From Trichodesmium erythraeum IMS101 (GTDB lineage: Bacteria > Cyanobacteriota > Cyanobacteriia > Cyanobacteriales > Microcoleaceae): DNA of 32,000 nt. This document shows positions 29,017 to 32,000 of the stretch, piece after piece; the first letter of the stretch is position 1, and each line of letters opens with the position of its first letter. A program made the translations under genes and the position numbers. The notes beneath the pieces are model-generated. The model was not told the origin of the DNA and did no database searches. It was given only the letters and a program-made list of their open reading frames with translations. Where the stretch lies: the NCBI RefSeq assembly GCF_000014265.1, contig NC_008312.1, forward strand, positions 4,620,001 through 4,652,000, read 5' to 3'.

Positions 29017-29502
29017 TTACTCCTTTGTTGAATCCTCATTAGAGACAGCTTGAGCAGGGCCAATTTCTTCACAACTACCACCTGCTGCTTCTATTTTGCT
29101 CCGAGCTGAAGCTGTAAAAGCTGCTGCATAAACCTTAAGTGGAATGTTTAAGTCTCCATCTCCTAAGATTTTAAGTGGACCATCATCCGTAGTAATAATT
29201 CCAACTTTAATCAGGGAAGCAAGAGTTACCTCAGTGTTAGCTGGTAATGATGATAACTTACTAACATTTATAATCGTGTATTTTTTCCGATTTACCATCG
29301 GAAAACCTTTTAATTTTGGCAAGCGACGATATAGGGGATTTTGGCCTCCTTCAAAACCTGGTCTAGTACTGCCACCAGAACGAGATTTTTGACCGCGCAT
29401 CCCTTTACCACAACTTGCACCTTGACCTGCTGAGATTCCCCGGCCAACTCTACGACCGCGCTGTTGGGAACCTTTTTTTGGAATTGCATCTTTTAATCGC
29501 AT
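29017..29502 (-). CDS. rplO: 50S ribosomal protein L15.
   Basis: 161 aa. [46 protein letters not shown]. It has a slightly long acidic C-terminus. Confidence 0.95.
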   Translation of the reverse strand: MRLKDAIPKKGSQQRGRRVGRGISAGQGASCGKGMRGQKSRSGGSTRPGFEGGQNPLYRRLPKLKGFPMVNRKKYTIINVSKLSSLPANTEVTLASLIKVGIITTDDGPLKILGDGDLNIPLKVYAAAFTASARSKIEAAGGSCEEIGPAQAVSNEDSTKE

Positions 29503-29757
29503 ATTTATTTGTCTTGTTACCTATTAATTTACCTGGATTTTATTTTTCTCCCAAAGCTGCGATAAACCAAAACTTTTGATCTCCAACTAACGTTGAGGTC
29601 ATAAAATTTAGGTTAAGTTGTAGGCATAAACCAGGTTAACCGCAGGAAATTTCGTGATTTTAAAAATAATACTGGGGTAATAAAGCCAGCTTTTTGTTTG
29701 AGTATGTAAATTGCTATAGGTGTTAATTCTCGAATTTACAACTAGTCTAATTAGACA

Positions 29758-30291
29758 CTAAACATATAAATTTTCTATGGGTACCTCTCGCTCTTGAGCT
29801 ACATCTGCTAATGTTCTCAAAGCATCTAAAGCGTTAACAGCAGCTCTCGCATTGTTTAATGGATTATTAGAACCTAACTGTTTTGCTAGTATATTTTGCA
29901 CACCTGCCAGTTCAAGAACAGTTCTTACAGCTCCTCCCGCAATAACTCCTGTACCTGGTGCCGCAGGTCGCATCATTACTTTAGCTCCACCACCAAAACC
30001 ATTTACAGGGTGAGGAATAGAGTTAGATTTAGTCAGTGGGACTTCTATGATATGTTTTTTACCATCAGCAACTCCTTTCCTTACAGCTCCTATAACATCT
30101 GCTGCCTTACCCACTCCTACACCCACTTGACCCCGCTCATTGCCTATTACGACAATAGCGCGAAAACTGAGGTTTTTACCACCTTTTACAACTTTGGTGA
30201 CTCGGCGAATTTGGACAACTCTTTCTTGCCATTCAATTTCTTTTTCTTTGGTACGGCTACTTTTTTTCCTACGTTGTTGCTGTTCTGCCAT
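29758..30291 (-). CDS. rpsE: 30S ribosomal protein S5.
   Basis: 177 aa. [63 protein letters not shown]. Confidence 0.97.
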   Translation of the reverse strand: MAEQQQRRKKSSRTKEKEIEWQERVVQIRRVTKVVKGGKNLSFRAIVVIGNERGQVGVGVGKAADVIGAVRKGVADGKKHIIEVPLTKSNSIPHPVNGFGGGAKVMMRPAAPGTGVIAGGAVRTVLELAGVQNILAKQLGSNNPLNNARAAVNALDALRTLADVAQEREVPIENLYV

Positions 30292-30441
30292 AGTTCTTAC
30301 CTTTTGTCAACTTCATTATTTTTTTGTGTAATACCATTTCTCAATAGTAATGCTATATTTTATTTTTACCTTTATTACTCTCCATATTTCCAAATTAGGA
30401 TAAATAGCAAACTTTTTGATATTTGGTATAACTTTTGATAG

Positions 30442-30804
30442 CTAGAAGTCTAACCCAGCTTCACGAGCTGCCTCAGCTAAGGCTTTGACTCGACCATGAT
30501 AAAGGTTGCCACCACGGTCAAAAACTACTTTTTCTATTCCTTTTTCTAGCGATCGCTGAGCAATTAATTTACCTATTTGTATAGAAGCATCGCAGTTAGC
30601 ACCTGATTTAATGGTTGACTTTACTTCTGCTTCTAAAGTTGACGCTGCAACCAAGGTATGCTGTTTAGTATCATCAATCACTTGTGCATAGATATGCATA
30701 TTTGAGCGAAATACTGATAACCTTGGACGTTCTGACGTCCCAAATACCTTTTTTCGCACTCGGCGATGTCGCTTGATAATTGAGTCTTTACGAGTGTACT
30801 TCAT
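30442..30804 (-). CDS. rplR: 50S ribosomal protein L18.
   Basis: 120 aa. [31 protein letters not shown]...HTL.AAST...[26 protein letters not shown]. Contains one HIP1 site. Confidence 0.97.
   Translation of the reverse strand: MKYTRKDSIIKRHRRVRKKVFGTSERPRLSVFRSNMHIYAQVIDDTKQHTLVAASTLEAEVKSTIKSGANCDASIQIGKLIAQRSLEKGIEKVVFDRGGNLYHGRVKALAEAAREAGLDF
30549..30556. repeat. HIP1 octamer GCGATCGC.
   Basis: Exact match read in the sequence. Confidence 0.95.
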
Positions 30805-30807
30805 TGT

Positions 30808-31347
30808 TTATTTTTTACCTGACTTACCCGCTTTAAGTTTAATTACTTCTCCAGCATAACGAACACCTTTTCCTTTATATACTTCTGGTGGACGAACGGC
30901 GCGGATTTTAGCGGCAGTATTTCCCACCAGTTCTTTATTAATACCATTAACAATTACGTTGGTATTATTTTCTACAGCTATATTTATACCTTCAGGAGCT
31001 GGCATTTCCACTGGTTTACTGTAACCCACATTTAATACCAAAGTCTTACCTTGAACTTGGGCACGATAACCTACCCCTTGAATCACCAGTCGTTTTTCAT
31101 ATCCCTTAGATACACCTTCGACCATATTCGCAACAAGAGTGCGACATAAACCATATCGCTGACGTGCCCTACGAGATTGTTCTTGTGGTTTAACAATAAT
31201 AGTATTTTCTTGTTCTTTCACTGCTATCTCAGGTGGCAAGACCCTAGACAGCTCACCTAATGGGCCTTTTACTGTTACTTTTTGACCCTCAATAGTAATA
31301 GTTACTTTTTTAGGTATTGGGATTGGAAGTTTACCAATTCGTGACAT
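30808..31347 (-). CDS. rplF: 50S ribosomal protein L6.
   Basis: 179 aa. MSRIGK.PI.IP..V...I.GQ.V.VKGP.GEL...GVGYRA.V.G..L.L.VGYS.PV...PPE.YKGKG.RY.GE. Confidence 0.97.
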   Translation of the reverse strand: MSRIGKLPIPIPKKVTITIEGQKVTVKGPLGELSRVLPPEIAVKEQENTIIVKPQEQSRRARQRYGLCRTLVANMVEGVSKGYEKRLVIQGVGYRAQVQGKTLVLNVGYSKPVEMPAPEGINIAVENNTNVIVNGINKELVGNTAAKIRAVRPPEVYKGKGVRYAGEVIKLKAGKSGKK

Positions 31348-31571
31348 AACTTTTTCTTATATTTAGGTTGGTAGCTGTTTTTTTGCTTGATCAATGGCTA
31401 TTTATTCATTTTGGTTATATAGAACTATGTATTTAGGGCAGGGAAATTATTAAGTCCCGTTTGAGGAACATTTTGGTATCTACAACTCAGTCATTTCAGT
31501 TGGTCAGTTATCAGTACCTAATTTTTTTTGTTACAGACTACTTTCAACTTTTGACCTGTGCTTATCGCTAT

Positions 31572-31973
31572 CTACCAAACATAGCAAAGAACTTCCCCTC
31601 CAATACCTCTTTTTCTAGCTTCTCGATCAGTCATAATTCCACTAGATGTAGAAATAATAGCTATTCCTATTCCACCTAAAACTCGTGGCAATTCTTTACG
31701 ATTTTTATAAACCCGGAGCCCTGGTTTACTAACTCGCTTCAAATATCTAATGATGGGTTGGCGATTTTTACCTTTGTATTTTAAAAAAATTACTAAGTAT
31801 TTTTTAATACCCTCCCCTTCCTGTTCAAACTCACCAATAAAACCTTCATCTTTCAGAACTTTGGCAATACTGCGAGTCATCTTTGTTGCTGGAACTTTTG
31901 TTGTTGTATGCTGCGCCATGCAGGAGTTGCGAATTCGCGTCAACATATCTGATATTGTGTCGTTAGCCGCCAT
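31572..31973 (-). CDS. rpsH: 30S ribosomal protein S8.
   Basis: 133 aa. [12 protein letters not shown]..., [35 protein letters not shown]...[10 protein letters not shown]. Confidence 0.97.
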   Translation of the reverse strand: MAANDTISDMLTRIRNSCMAQHTTTKVPATKMTRSIAKVLKDEGFIGEFEQEGEGIKKYLVIFLKYKGKNRQPIIRYLKRVSKPGLRVYKNRKELPRVLGGIGIAIISTSSGIMTDREARKRGIGGEVLCYVW

Positions 31974-32000
31974 TTTTTCCCCTTTTCTTTAACTACTTTA

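Noticed and set aside
29503-29757. Possible relic of rpmD (L30) in the 255-bp rpsE-rplO spacer.
   Set aside because: None of the three minus-strand frames resembles L30, and cyanobacteria normally lack rpmD.
29896-30438. 180-aa plus-strand ORF, plus 30140-30331(+), 29144-29392(+), 20821-21051(+), 22513-22719(+), 31461-31679(+) and 31750-31992(+).
   Set aside because: All are antisense to well-supported ribosomal or truA genes. Their Ser/Phe/Leu-rich translations are typical of the antisense frame of highly expressed genes.

Overview
AT-rich cyanobacterial chromosome segment. Evidence for the taxon: four HIP1 octamers (GCGATCGC), the cyanobacterial gene order rpsH...rpoA-rplQ-truA-rplM-rpsI-rpmE-prfA, and no rpmD. 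The very large non-coding spacers suggest a Trichodesmium-like filamentous genome, but that is inference only. All calls come from reading the sequence and translations and from remembered family motifs; no searches were run.

The window has three zones.

(1) 565-12689, minus strand: a mycosporine-like amino acid (MAA) sunscreen gene cluster. The core is mysA (DDGS-type sugar-phosphate cyclase), mysB (O-methyltransferase) and mysC (ATP-grasp). It is extended in an unusual way. Between mysC and the final ligase step sit a Na+/solute symporter, an EamA/DMT transporter and a clavaminate-synthase/TauD-like Fe(II)/2-oxoglutarate dioxygenase (candidate MysH-type tailoring enzyme). Two tandem, mosaic-diverged mysD (D-Ala-D-Ala-ligase-like) paralogs follow. 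A decayed 3' fragment of a second symporter copy also survives. This extended cluster is the best candidate for an undescribed system here.

(2) 12690-17844: a roughly 3.6-kb gene desert carrying a decayed TnpB (IS200/IS605-type) relic and a decayed IS5-family transposase relic, followed by a pentapeptide-repeat protein gene.

(3) 17845-32000, minus strand: the conserved prfA / ribosomal-protein / secY-adk-infA / rpoA region. rpmJ is absent from the supplied ORF track. Several intergenic gaps inside this otherwise compact operon are hundreds of bp long. A 32-bp tandem duplication of the prfA initiation region creates a 10-codon upstream ORF whose stop overlaps the prfA ATG.

No tRNA, rRNA or CRISPR array was seen.
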